DNA of 64,000 nucleotides, from IMG/VR virus record IMGVR_UViG_3300022848_000006. One strand, written 5' to 3'. Source of the stretch: a virus. Position numbers and translations under genes: made by a program. The notes under the pieces are model-generated. The model made no database searches. It had not been told where the DNA came from and worked only from the letters and a program-made list of their open reading frames with translations. Position 1 is the stretch's first letter, and each line of letters opens with the position of its first letter. Positions 56,859 to 64,000 of the stretch are shown here, in pieces.

Positions 56859-57003
56859 AGGACGAGGCTCTAACCCCATCAATTTCGGTAGAGACTGCGT
56901 CAGGGCCGCCCATGACAATCTCTTGAGAGACAACACCTCTCGCTTCGTTCATGGTCGTATTGATTTCGAGAGAATGTCCGAATTTGTAGCTCACTCTAAT
57001 CAT
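56812..57003 (-). pseudogene. 5' part of a phage gene split by the IS; 3' part at 55292-55498
   Basis: Removing the IS gives ...STEID-LHLSDNSALTADKLRELADLLD... in frame. Confidence 0.6.
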
Positions 57004-57200
57004 ATTTCCTCCGCCCTTTTCTTTACTCTTGAGTATTCAATAGTTGCACAGTCCAAGCTAATGGTAAAAGGTCTACAATTATCTAAATACTCGGTAACTT
57101 CAAATCCGGCAAACGAAGAACCGTCGCCCCAAACCTCTGCGTCAATGGTAACCTTGTGTTTTTGCAAAAGATCAGCAAATTCTGTTAAAAACTCTTTCAT
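57000..57200 (-). CDS. Hypothetical protein
   Basis: RBS, coupled ORF. Confidence 0.5.
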   Translation of the reverse strand: MKEFLTEFADLLQKHKVTIDAEVWGDGSSFAGFEVTEYLDNCRPFTISLDCATIEYSRVKKRAEEI

Positions 57201-57371
57201 GATTCTCTCTCGGTTGAATCTATTAGGATCTACAAGTAACTAACAACGTCTTCCATTTGACGTTGCTTGTTAAGCTTGATCCACTTGATTCTTATGTTGT
57301 TTTATCTTATTATAGCCCCAAAATAGTGGCTGACAACCAAAAAGTGGTGATTTTTCAAAAATACTCTCATC

Positions 57372-57431
57372 TGCTTAATAACTAGGCACACTGCTTAAAA
57401 AGTAGGCACCTAGTTGCACAATAAATAAGCA
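57372..57431. repeat. Three copies of 17-bp quasi-palindrome TGCYYAAWAAWTAGGCA
   Basis: 57372-57388, 57392-57408, 57415-57431; two more at 59812-59828 and 59834-59850. Confidence 0.75.
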
Positions 57432-57486
57432 GGGTAGGGCAATTAAGTAAAGAAGAATGTCCTATACTTAGGGCTAGGCACTCTCT

Positions 57487-57690
57487 TCAACGCTCCATTA
57501 TGTTCATGCAGTAAATAACAACGTCGTTATCGTCATAATGGGCCTTGCTGCGATCCTTGAGGGCCGCTTGGTTCGCCATCTGACGAATGAGTTTGATTTG
57601 ATCGTTAGCAGCCTGTAGACGAGCTTCAAGGCTGTGGTAAGCTACCAGGGCGTCTTGTGCTGCGTCTTGTGCTTTTTGTGCTGGGTTCAT
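57487..57690 (-). CDS. Small coiled-coil protein
   Basis: Coding-strand ORF. Confidence 0.45.
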   Translation of the reverse strand: MNPAQKAQDAAQDALVAYHSLEARLQAANDQIKLIRQMANQAALKDRSKAHYDDNDVVIYCMNIMER

Positions 57691-57692
57691 CT

Positions 57693-58046
57693 TTAGCTTT
57701 CCGTTATCAGGATTGGTAGTTCGTATCTGACGACTTCTTCTGCGTACTCGGCAGCATTTTTGAAGTGTGCGTCAAATTCTGAGTTCATAACACAACCATT
57801 ATCTAACAAGTCGATGATTGCACGTTCAACACAACGCTTGATTTCTGGTATTACAATGACATTCCTAACTTTGTCCCTAGAGTTTGCACTTAGGTATAAA
57901 GGCAGTTTTGTATAGTCATCAGACTTATACCACATATCCTGAGCGTTGATCATGATCTTATTAATAGTTGGCATCGAGTTCGACATTGTTTTCTCCAAGT
58001 GTTGTCTTGTATGCCCAGATTGTACCACGAATTGCGGTTCTGTCAA
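57693..58046 (-). CDS. Hypothetical protein (true start near 57985)
   Basis: Promoter at 58019-58046 overlaps the annotated start. Confidence 0.45.
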   Translation of the reverse strand: MTEPQFVVQSGHTRQHLEKTMSNSMPTINKIMINAQDMWYKSDDYTKLPLYLSANSRDKVRNVIVIPEIKRCVERAIIDLLDNGCVMNSEFDAHFKNAAEYAEEVVRYELPILITES

Positions 58047-58462
58047 CCCTCTCAGATCGGATTATTTAAAAATTTCTCCTTGAACCGGGCTTCTCAGATA
58101 AGATCCAAAATCGCCCATAAAAGAATACAGCCAAACCACCAAATAAACAACCCACAAGGGAGGCCAGATCAAAGAGAACCAAACCAATCTGTCATTTTTT
58201 GTGCAACTTTCTTTTTTATTCGCACATTTTCTGTGCATGGGGTAGGAAAACGCCTAAAAATTAAGCACTCTGAGTGTCTTGAGTTTCCTTCGTGAAGCCG
58301 GTCTTATTGCGTTCCAGGTACGAATCAATAGCACCATAATGAACTTGTAATACCTCTTCAAGTTTAACAACTTTCTGATCAAAGTCTTTCCTGTTTTCGG
58401 CTTTCTCAAGGGCCTCTAGGAAGACAGAAACCCTGAATGCACTAATGCGAATGTAGTCGTCA

Positions 58463-58756
58463 TCAATCATCGTTATTAAACTCCGCGTTGTCAGGCCACA
58501 TGCCAACGGCTTCGGCAATAAACGTGATATTCTCCGTGTCATAAGCACCAGAGCCACCATACTGAGTAAACTGAATTTTTGCCTTGTGACTAGATTCGCC
58601 ATCTTCTAGCGTCATTCCAATGTCTTCGGCAATCATGCGAACACGACGCTTAGACAATAGCTCTTTCAGTTCAGTATAAAAGGGCTCAAAGTTCTCAAGA
58701 CCAATAACCTAAACCATAGTATAACCATTATCATTACTGTCTACAACACTGAACAT
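58463..58756 (-). CDS. Hypothetical protein with in-frame TAG at codon 16
   Basis: ATG 58756...ATG GTT TAG GTT ATT GGT CTT GAG; frame continues into ORF 58463-58657. Confidence 0.35.
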
Positions 58757-59095
58757 TTGCGTCTCTCCGAAAGAATACGAATTGTGATTTCACCTCTGTT
58801 TCCGACATTTACAATAAAAACCCCCGTGTTTTACGTAGTGATACGCCATCTCGCTCACTTCAAATCACGTTGATTCACTATCATTTTTGCCGCCTGTCGC
58901 TTCGTTTCATGCCCCAATTGTACCATAAAGTTTCGCCCTTTCAAGAGCTAAAAAGCTCATAATTGAAGAATTAGGGCGATTTTGGTTGCTGTTTGGCCCC
59001 TTTTGGACTAGTCTGGGCAAATCGGCCCTTTTCACTGACCCTGCAATTTACGGGGTTTTTGCTATAAAAGTCACCTTTCTGACATAGGCTGAGCA

Positions 59096-59257
59096 TCAAC
59101 ACGACTCATCGCACCCATCGTGGGCACCACACGTATCACAGGTGGGCGAATACAGACAGCCACCAATTCCATCGCCGTCCTCATCCACTGGAGCCCCACA
59201 ATCCTCACACTCGCCCACGACGGCCCCTTCGTCTATCCAAGCTGTATCACAACACAT
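59096..59257 (-). CDS. 53-aa Cys-rich zinc-binding peptide (not in ORF track)
   Basis: MCCDTAWIDEGAVVGECEDCGAPVDEDGDGIGGCLYSPTCDTCGAHDGCDESC*. Confidence 0.65.
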   Translation of the reverse strand: MCCDTAWIDEGAVVGECEDCGAPVDEDGDGIGGCLYSPTCDTCGAHDGCDESC

Positions 59258-59347
59258 ATTCTTTTCTTTTTACAAAGCCCTTACAATAATGACAAGACCT
59301 CCACAGTCTTATCTTAAACACTAAGATTATACACCAACTCCTGCCCA

Positions 59348-59693
59348 GTCTCATTTTGAACAACATTTGTCTCATAATGAGACACTCTACCCATGCCTGT
59401 CTCATTTTGAGACAAGTCCCATCTTCTTCATCCATTTCGCCCCAACCTCCACTCTAACGGTAGAGTTGACGTATCTCATGTTAGACCAGCCCTTCTTGCT
59501 GTAAGCAGAGGGGTGCCAAATGCGAGTACCTCCCAAGGTCTGATAATGAAAACTATCCCCAACCAGTTTAGGACAGGAGTTACCCTCTACAACCTCTACA
59601 GGGGTGGAAACGTGAGAATTTGCGATTGTGCGAACTAGTCGTCTTGTTTGAATCTTCATGGTATTCCTAGGTGTTGTGTCTCATTTTGAGACG
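59348..59693. repeat. Operator-like inverted repeat TGTCTCA-N3-TGAGACA
   Basis: 59368-59384, 59398-59414, 59677-59693, imperfect copy at 59348; another at 63410-63426. Confidence 0.8.
59402..59659 (-). CDS. Hypothetical protein
   Basis: AGGA RBS, promoter at 59762-59789. Confidence 0.55.
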   Translation of the reverse strand: MKIQTRRLVRTIANSHVSTPVEVVEGNSCPKLVGDSFHYQTLGGTRIWHPSAYSKKGWSNMRYVNSTVRVEVGAKWMKKMGLVSK

Positions 59694-59713
59694 ATTAGAC
59701 AATATGCCAATTC

Positions 59714-60001
59714 TCGCTGACTACCACGGTATCGGCATCTGGAGTGATCGGGTGAGACATCATTATACCAGCATCGCCTGATTTGTCAAGAGGCAAAACG
59801 AAAATAAAAGATGCTTAATAAATAGGCAGTCAGTGCCCAATAAATAGGCAACCCCCCAGCAGTTAATCATGGCCATAACAATAAACGACACGCTGTAAAA
59901 ATATCGCAAATCTCGCTAGCTACCAGGGTATCCGCATCTGGAACTATTAGCTGCAACAAATAACTCAAAAACCGCTAGCTACCAGGGTATCCGAATCTGG
60001 A
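59714..60001. repeat. 29-bp direct repeat CGCTAGCTACCAGGGTATCCG(C/A)ATCTGGA
   Basis: 59914-59942, 59973-60001, degenerate copy 59714-59743. Confidence 0.8.
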
Positions 60002-60152
60002 TGGATGGGGCGCGCCACCGGGGGGAGGCGGCACCCCATCAGAGGGGAGGGTGGGTATCAAACCCCCCATCAGAAAGCTCAGGCCAAAAAAAACCGCATC
60101 GCTTTCGCGACACGGGAAATTTTGAGGAAATTCGGGGTTTCCCCCTTGACAC

Positions 60153-61043
60153 CTAGGCCGACAGAGTCAGGGCCAAACGCTCAGCCGCCTTAACTTCTGG
60201 CGATTCAACCGCTTTCAATTCGCGGTCAAACGTCGTCGTTGCCGCCCCCCGCACCGACCTTTTGTGCTGCGTGAACCCCTGGACGGCGTTGTACGCTTCC
60301 CAAACCGAAACGTCTTCGCTTCCCATATTGAACGCGGGGCGTCCTGATCGGGCTTGCTCGTCAAGAACACGCCTCATGATCGTCTCAGTACGGTTCGTGT
60401 GACGTGTCAATGCCGAACCAGTCAACTCAGTCGGTTCCCCGTAGATGGACGTTAGGAACGAAGCTAGGGACGTTCTCGACGATTCCATCCGTTGGACGGT
60501 TTCGCCTAAGGTTTCCCACCCTTCCCGCAATCCGGTCAACTGCGATTTCAGTTGTTCCAAGTTGTCCCGCAAATTTCCGTTGTGGCGGAAACTGACCGAC
60601 GTTCCCCGTACACTTCGCAGCATCGACATATTGCGGCAAAGGTCGCGAAACCATCCGAGGGAGAAGTGGAACGAAGTTCCGTTGTATCCCGCCGAAATTT
60701 GTAAACGGGGGAAGATATTGTCTTTGGTCCCGTAGATCGCGATTCGCTCATCTTTGGTCGGTGCAAGGTCAACATAGTGACCCTTGCGAAAGTGACAACG
60801 GGGCGAACATTCCCCGAACACGTCTTGGGCCGATTCGACCAGGGCCAAAACGTCATCCGTTGTATGCGGTTGATAGTCCGCACTGACAGACTTGTCGTGA
60901 ACGGGTTCCTGCGTGTCGTCGCGAAGCAGGGCGTAGAACCCCTTCACTTGCTTGCCGTCAAAAGACAGTGGGAAGCGATTCACCTCAAAATTGAATTCAG
61001 CGGCGACGGTTTCGAGAATGCTAGTGTTGGTTTGGGTCGACAT
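60153..61043 (-). CDS. DUF932/DUF945 phage-plasmid protein
   Basis: ALLRDDT, VSADYQPH, GWFRDLCRN, SFRHNG, WEAYNAVQGF. Confidence 0.8.
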   Translation of the reverse strand: MSTQTNTSILETVAAEFNFEVNRFPLSFDGKQVKGFYALLRDDTQEPVHDKSVSADYQPHTTDDVLALVESAQDVFGECSPRCHFRKGHYVDLAPTKDERIAIYGTKDNIFPRLQISAGYNGTSFHFSLGWFRDLCRNMSMLRSVRGTSVSFRHNGNLRDNLEQLKSQLTGLREGWETLGETVQRMESSRTSLASFLTSIYGEPTELTGSALTRHTNRTETIMRRVLDEQARSGRPAFNMGSEDVSVWEAYNAVQGFTQHKRSVRGAATTTFDRELKAVESPEVKAAERLALTLSA

Positions 61044-61273
61044 AGTGTTGATTCCTAAGGTGGTGGCGATTAGTATGTCATCAGTATAGCGGATGACGGA
61101 CAGTTGTCAAGGGCAGTTTGCTAAAAGAGTTAGAAAGTTTTTCTTAAACCCTCTTGCGTCCTTCCCTCTTCATGCCCCAATTATAGCACGGGATTGCTTA
61201 TTGTCAAGAGCTATCGCCTAAAAGATCCAGAAACATTTCCTTAAACTATTTATCAGAATTCCCGTTTTCCCCC

Positions 61274-61302
61274 TTGACGCCGCCCCACAACTATGGTATA
61301 AT
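61274..61302 (+). promoter_or_regulatory. Plus-strand promoter with extended -10, no downstream ORF
   Basis: TTGACG-N17-TATAAT with TGG before -10. Confidence 0.7.
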
Positions 61303-61754
61303 TTTACGGGGTAGCTTTGGCTGAAACGTCCTCCCTCAGCATATTACCATTGTACCAAAAAAGGGCTCACCGCAAGCGGCAAACCCATAAAATTGTCAGA
61401 AGCCGTTATCTAAACCATCGACGGCAAAATAGATAACAACCACGATCACGATTAACGCCATTAACTTTTACTCATTGGTTTTTCCTTAGGGGTAAGAGTA
61501 TAGGGGTAGTGCCAGATCGTCATTGTAAGCCCGTTTCGCCTACGCGTCAAGGAGGTTCTATAAAGAAGCCTCAACTTTTTCAAAACTAAAAACCTTTGAG
61601 GCTTTCTTTTTATCCACTGCGATAACGTAGTCGCTATGGATGGAAACGACAGCAACTAGGTTGCCGTCGATCTTAATGGAGCTGCCCATTTTTAAAAGTG
61701 GGGTTTGTGTCATCTTTTCCTCATTGTAGAGAAAACATCGGCGATGGTCAAGAC

Positions 61755-61994
61755 CTAATAATCTTCGTCGTCAATATCTTCGGGGTTGTCAAATCCCCCA
61801 TAGTGGGGGTGCAAGCCGGATGCTTGGTTTTTGTTGTATCGGTCACGATCAGGGTCATAACCATCGGGACAAGCTTCGTCAAGCCCGATCCTCAGTCCTT
61901 CTTTGTCCATCACGTCTACGCCGTTAAACGTCGTGTTGATTGACTCATTGGTGGTGTCGCCTACGGATGCCAAGAATTCTTCTGTGGTTTGCAT
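61755..61994 (-). CDS. Acidic hypothetical protein
   Basis: Promoter at 62034-62061, RBS. Confidence 0.55.
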   Translation of the reverse strand: MQTTEEFLASVGDTTNESINTTFNGVDVMDKEGLRIGLDEACPDGYDPDRDRYNKNQASGLHPHYGGFDNPEDIDDEDY

Positions 61995-62166
61995 AGTCTC
62001 GCGTTCCTTAGTGGTCTTCGTTAGTATGCCCCAATTATACTCGATTCGCTCATTATGTCAAGGGGGTCAAGGTTAGTTTCACGAATTATTTTAGCAAACG
62101 AAAAAAGAGCCGAACCACCCGAAAGCGGAACGACCCCCCAAGGCACTACCCTTATAGAGGTAGGGC

Positions 62167-62871
62167 CTAGGCCAGTACGGGGAGAACGAAACCCGTTTCA
62201 TCTTTTTTGCCGAAACCCTTCGCAGAAAGGGCACCGACATGACCACCTGGGGGGTCTAAGAATCTCAGATCGTCGTCATCTGCGGAGTAGGTTGGAAACC
62301 CCTCCCAAGAGGTAGGGAATTCCTTGCCGTCGAAAACTGCCGCGACATTATGCCGCCCACCTTCGAGAACACGCAAGCAATCCGCTTGATTGGTTTCACT
62401 TCGCGAGAATGTCAAGTGATAATTTTCGGGAAGCGACCACGACGACAAACAACGTTTGACGTGTTTGGTATAGTCGTAAAACTTGAAACTGTCAAATTTT
62501 GTGAACAATTCGGGCCATCGTTTTTCCCATATCAGATCCGAAGTGCCGTTCATGCGGACAGCGCTCATTTTGCCAAGCTTATCACACCGTTTGGCAAACG
62601 CGGTCAACTCAGTCTCAATTTGAGACTTGAAAGCCTTACGGTCCGCAAACCACATTTTGGTGCGACGAATTCGGGCAGCTTGCGTGCTATTCATGCGACC
62701 ACGGCCCGCAGTGTTAAGGCAAGCTGCGATACAACCGGCAGACGCCGACGCACAAACATTGTGACCCGAAACGCTAGCAGGGGCTAAGTGAAGGATAAGG
62801 GTCTCAACACCCCCCTTGCGATTTGACTTTGCGATTTTGGCATTGGATTCGCCTTTGGTTAACAACTTCAT
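62167..62871 (-). CDS. Phage Gp88-like protein
   Basis: LHLAPA, CASASAGCIAACLNTAGRG, RMNGTSD, FYDYTK, YHLTFS, DDLRFLDP. Confidence 0.8.
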   Translation of the reverse strand: MKLLTKGESNAKIAKSNRKGGVETLILHLAPASVSGHNVCASASAGCIAACLNTAGRGRMNSTQAARIRRTKMWFADRKAFKSQIETELTAFAKRCDKLGKMSAVRMNGTSDLIWEKRWPELFTKFDSFKFYDYTKHVKRCLSSWSLPENYHLTFSRSETNQADCLRVLEGGRHNVAAVFDGKEFPTSWEGFPTYSADDDDLRFLDPPGGHVGALSAKGFGKKDETGFVLPVLA

Positions 62872-62949
62872 CTTTTCGTTTCCTTCGTTGGTGGTGCCAA
62901 GTGTTATGCCCCTATTATAGCGGGGCCAGCTAGTTTGTCAGGGCCGTTT

Positions 62950-63150
62950 TCACGTTTTTCTGAAGATAAAATCAATGTCGCCCTTGATTTTACACACTTC
63001 GTGGCAATGGTTAACGACGTTGGATAGCAGGGTATCATAATCGCCACCCACTAGGGATAGAGAATCTGAGCCGCTATGGGTCTTGACTCCATTGGTCCAA
63101 ACGGACCAAGAAATTGATTTTGTGTGCATTGTGATAGTAATAGTGGACAT
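62950..63150 (-). CDS. Hypothetical protein
   Basis: Promoter at 63189-63216, RBS. Confidence 0.5.
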   Translation of the reverse strand: MSTITITMHTKSISWSVWTNGVKTHSGSDSLSLVGGDYDTLLSNVVNHCHEVCKIKGDIDFIFRKT

Positions 63151-63263
63151 TGTTTTTTCCCTTAGTGGTTGACTGCCTTATGTCCCCAATTATAACAGAT
63201 CATCCCATATTGTCAAGAGCATATGGCTATTAAATAAAAAAGAAATAAAGGGCCGATTCCCCC

Positions 63264-63293
63264 TTGACACACCCACCCACAATATGGTATAAT
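63264..63293 (+). promoter_or_regulatory. Plus-strand promoter with extended -10, no credible downstream ORF
   Basis: TTGACA-N18-TATAAT with TGG. Confidence 0.65.
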
Positions 63294-63424
63294 TAACGTA
63301 TAGAGGCAAATTTTCGATTTTGAAAGTTAGGGTAAAACAAAAAAAAAGAAACGGGGGCAAAGTTGGGCGATTCTATCGCCACGGGGCATGGAGCCCCTTA
63401 AATTGCCTCCGTCTCATTTTGAGA

Positions 63425-63757
63425 TTATTCGTATTTTGCCGCTTGGTCATCCCAAGCCCCCTGATTGTAATTCTCGCAAGCAAGTTCCGCCAATTCGTCT
63501 TCCCACCTATTTTCAATCAGTTCTTCAGCCGCCGCGTCAAGGGCCACGAACACAATTTCGTTGGATTTGTTGCGAATAATTGTTTTCGTTCCGCCCAAAA
63601 ATTGCGTCACGCGAACCGAATCAAGTTCGGCCAATTCGTCACAACCTGGATCATCATACGTTTGACGTTCACCGGGGGTGAAAGTGTAGTCAATGTCAAC
63701 TTCTAGCGTCAAAACGCAATCTTCTTCCAATTCAATGCTGTATCCGAAACTCGACAT
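63425..63757 (-). CDS. Acidic hypothetical protein
   Basis: Promoter at 63797-63824, GGAG RBS. Confidence 0.55.
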   Translation of the reverse strand: MSSFGYSIELEEDCVLTLEVDIDYTFTPGERQTYDDPGCDELAELDSVRVTQFLGGTKTIIRNKSNEIVFVALDAAAEELIENRWEDELAELACENYNQGAWDDQAAKYE

Positions 63758-63871
63758 CTTGATTCTCCGTTGGTGGTGACTAACTTCTATGCTAGGATTA
63801 TAGCAAACCTATCCACTACGTCAACCCCCAGGCTACTAAAAAGAAATATTTAATTATTGTCGAATTTGTAC

Positions 63872-63900
63872 TTGACAGCGTGCCCCGAATATGGTATAAT
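63872..63900 (+). promoter_or_regulatory. Plus-strand promoter facing a minus-strand promoter 33 nt away
   Basis: TTGACA-N17-TATAAT; opposing TTGACG-N17-TACAAT at 63934-63962. Confidence 0.7.
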
Positions 63901-64000
63901 TTTACGGGATTGGATTGGGTAATACTCGCCTCCATTGTACCACAAAAGACCAGGGGCGTCAACCCCTGATCTTATCTTTTTCCATTATTTGCCTAGCTTG

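Larger units (their letters stand above)
55500..56877 (-). mobile_element. IS200/IS605-family element (tnpB plus tnpA remnant)
   Basis: TTGAT immediately outside left end (56878-56882), subterminal hairpins at both ends, right end ...GGGGAGTATGTCAA. Confidence 0.88.
3988..63824 (-). promoter_or_regulatory. Family of about 25 minus-strand sigma70-like promoters with 16-nt spacer
   Basis: 28-bp sites starting at 3988, 11727, 19983, 24843, 25939, 28643, 35177, 36444, 36559, 39425, 39842, 48444, 50927, 52053, 54745, 57309, 58019, 58917, 59762, 61083, 61180, 62034, 62914, 63189, 63797. Confidence 0.8.

Noticed and set aside
59914-60001. CRISPR array
   Set aside because: Only two close repeats, no cas genes or leader, and no typical repeat termini; kept as a direct repeat.
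18-63706. Most plus-strand ORFs in the track (e.g. 466-843, 12417-12698, 44839-45336, 56650-57243, 62350-62787)
   Set aside because: Antisense shadows of motif-bearing minus-strand genes, with no RBS or recognisable motifs. Only the LAGLIDADG gene and short relics are credible on the plus strand.
1-64000. Genome-wide TAG recoding
   Set aside because: Long conserved genes are uninterrupted under the standard code, several ORFs and the tmRNA tag end at TAG, and no CTA-anticodon tRNA was seen.

Overview
Fragment of a large (jumbo-type) dsDNA phage genome. Almost all genes are on the minus strand and I see no capsid, tail or core replication genes, so this reads as an accessory/early region. Content: glycan-modification enzymes (GT4, CAP59/GT2-like, two GT8-like, sulfotransferase, methyltransferases); nucleotide/NAD enzymes (dCMP deaminase, Nampt-like plus PRPP-synthetase-like pair, NADAR, AlkB relic); an RNA repair/translation arsenal (PseT-like kinase-phosphatase, RNA ligase, CCA-adding enzyme, RlmN-like methylase, YqeY, tmRNA, about 9 well-formed tRNAs and about 10 degenerate or rearranged tRNA-like elements); intact and decayed homing endonucleases; and an IS605-type tnpB element splitting a gene. 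The strongest novelty candidate is a Ro60/TROVE-like (DUF2828-type) vWA gene preceded, under its own promoter, by three tandem stem-closed RNA units sharing a CNGCAA(A)YC motif. The middle unit carries a circularly permuted tRNA-Asn-like module. A fourth motif copy and further structured RNAs lie downstream. Also seen: about 25 TTGACA-N16-TATAAT promoters, ORF-less antisense promoters, two 17-bp palindrome families and 29-bp direct repeats around a composition break near 60 kb. All protein family calls are from motif recognition by eye, not database searches. Planctomycete-like secreted proteins hint at a PVC host, but this is weak inference.
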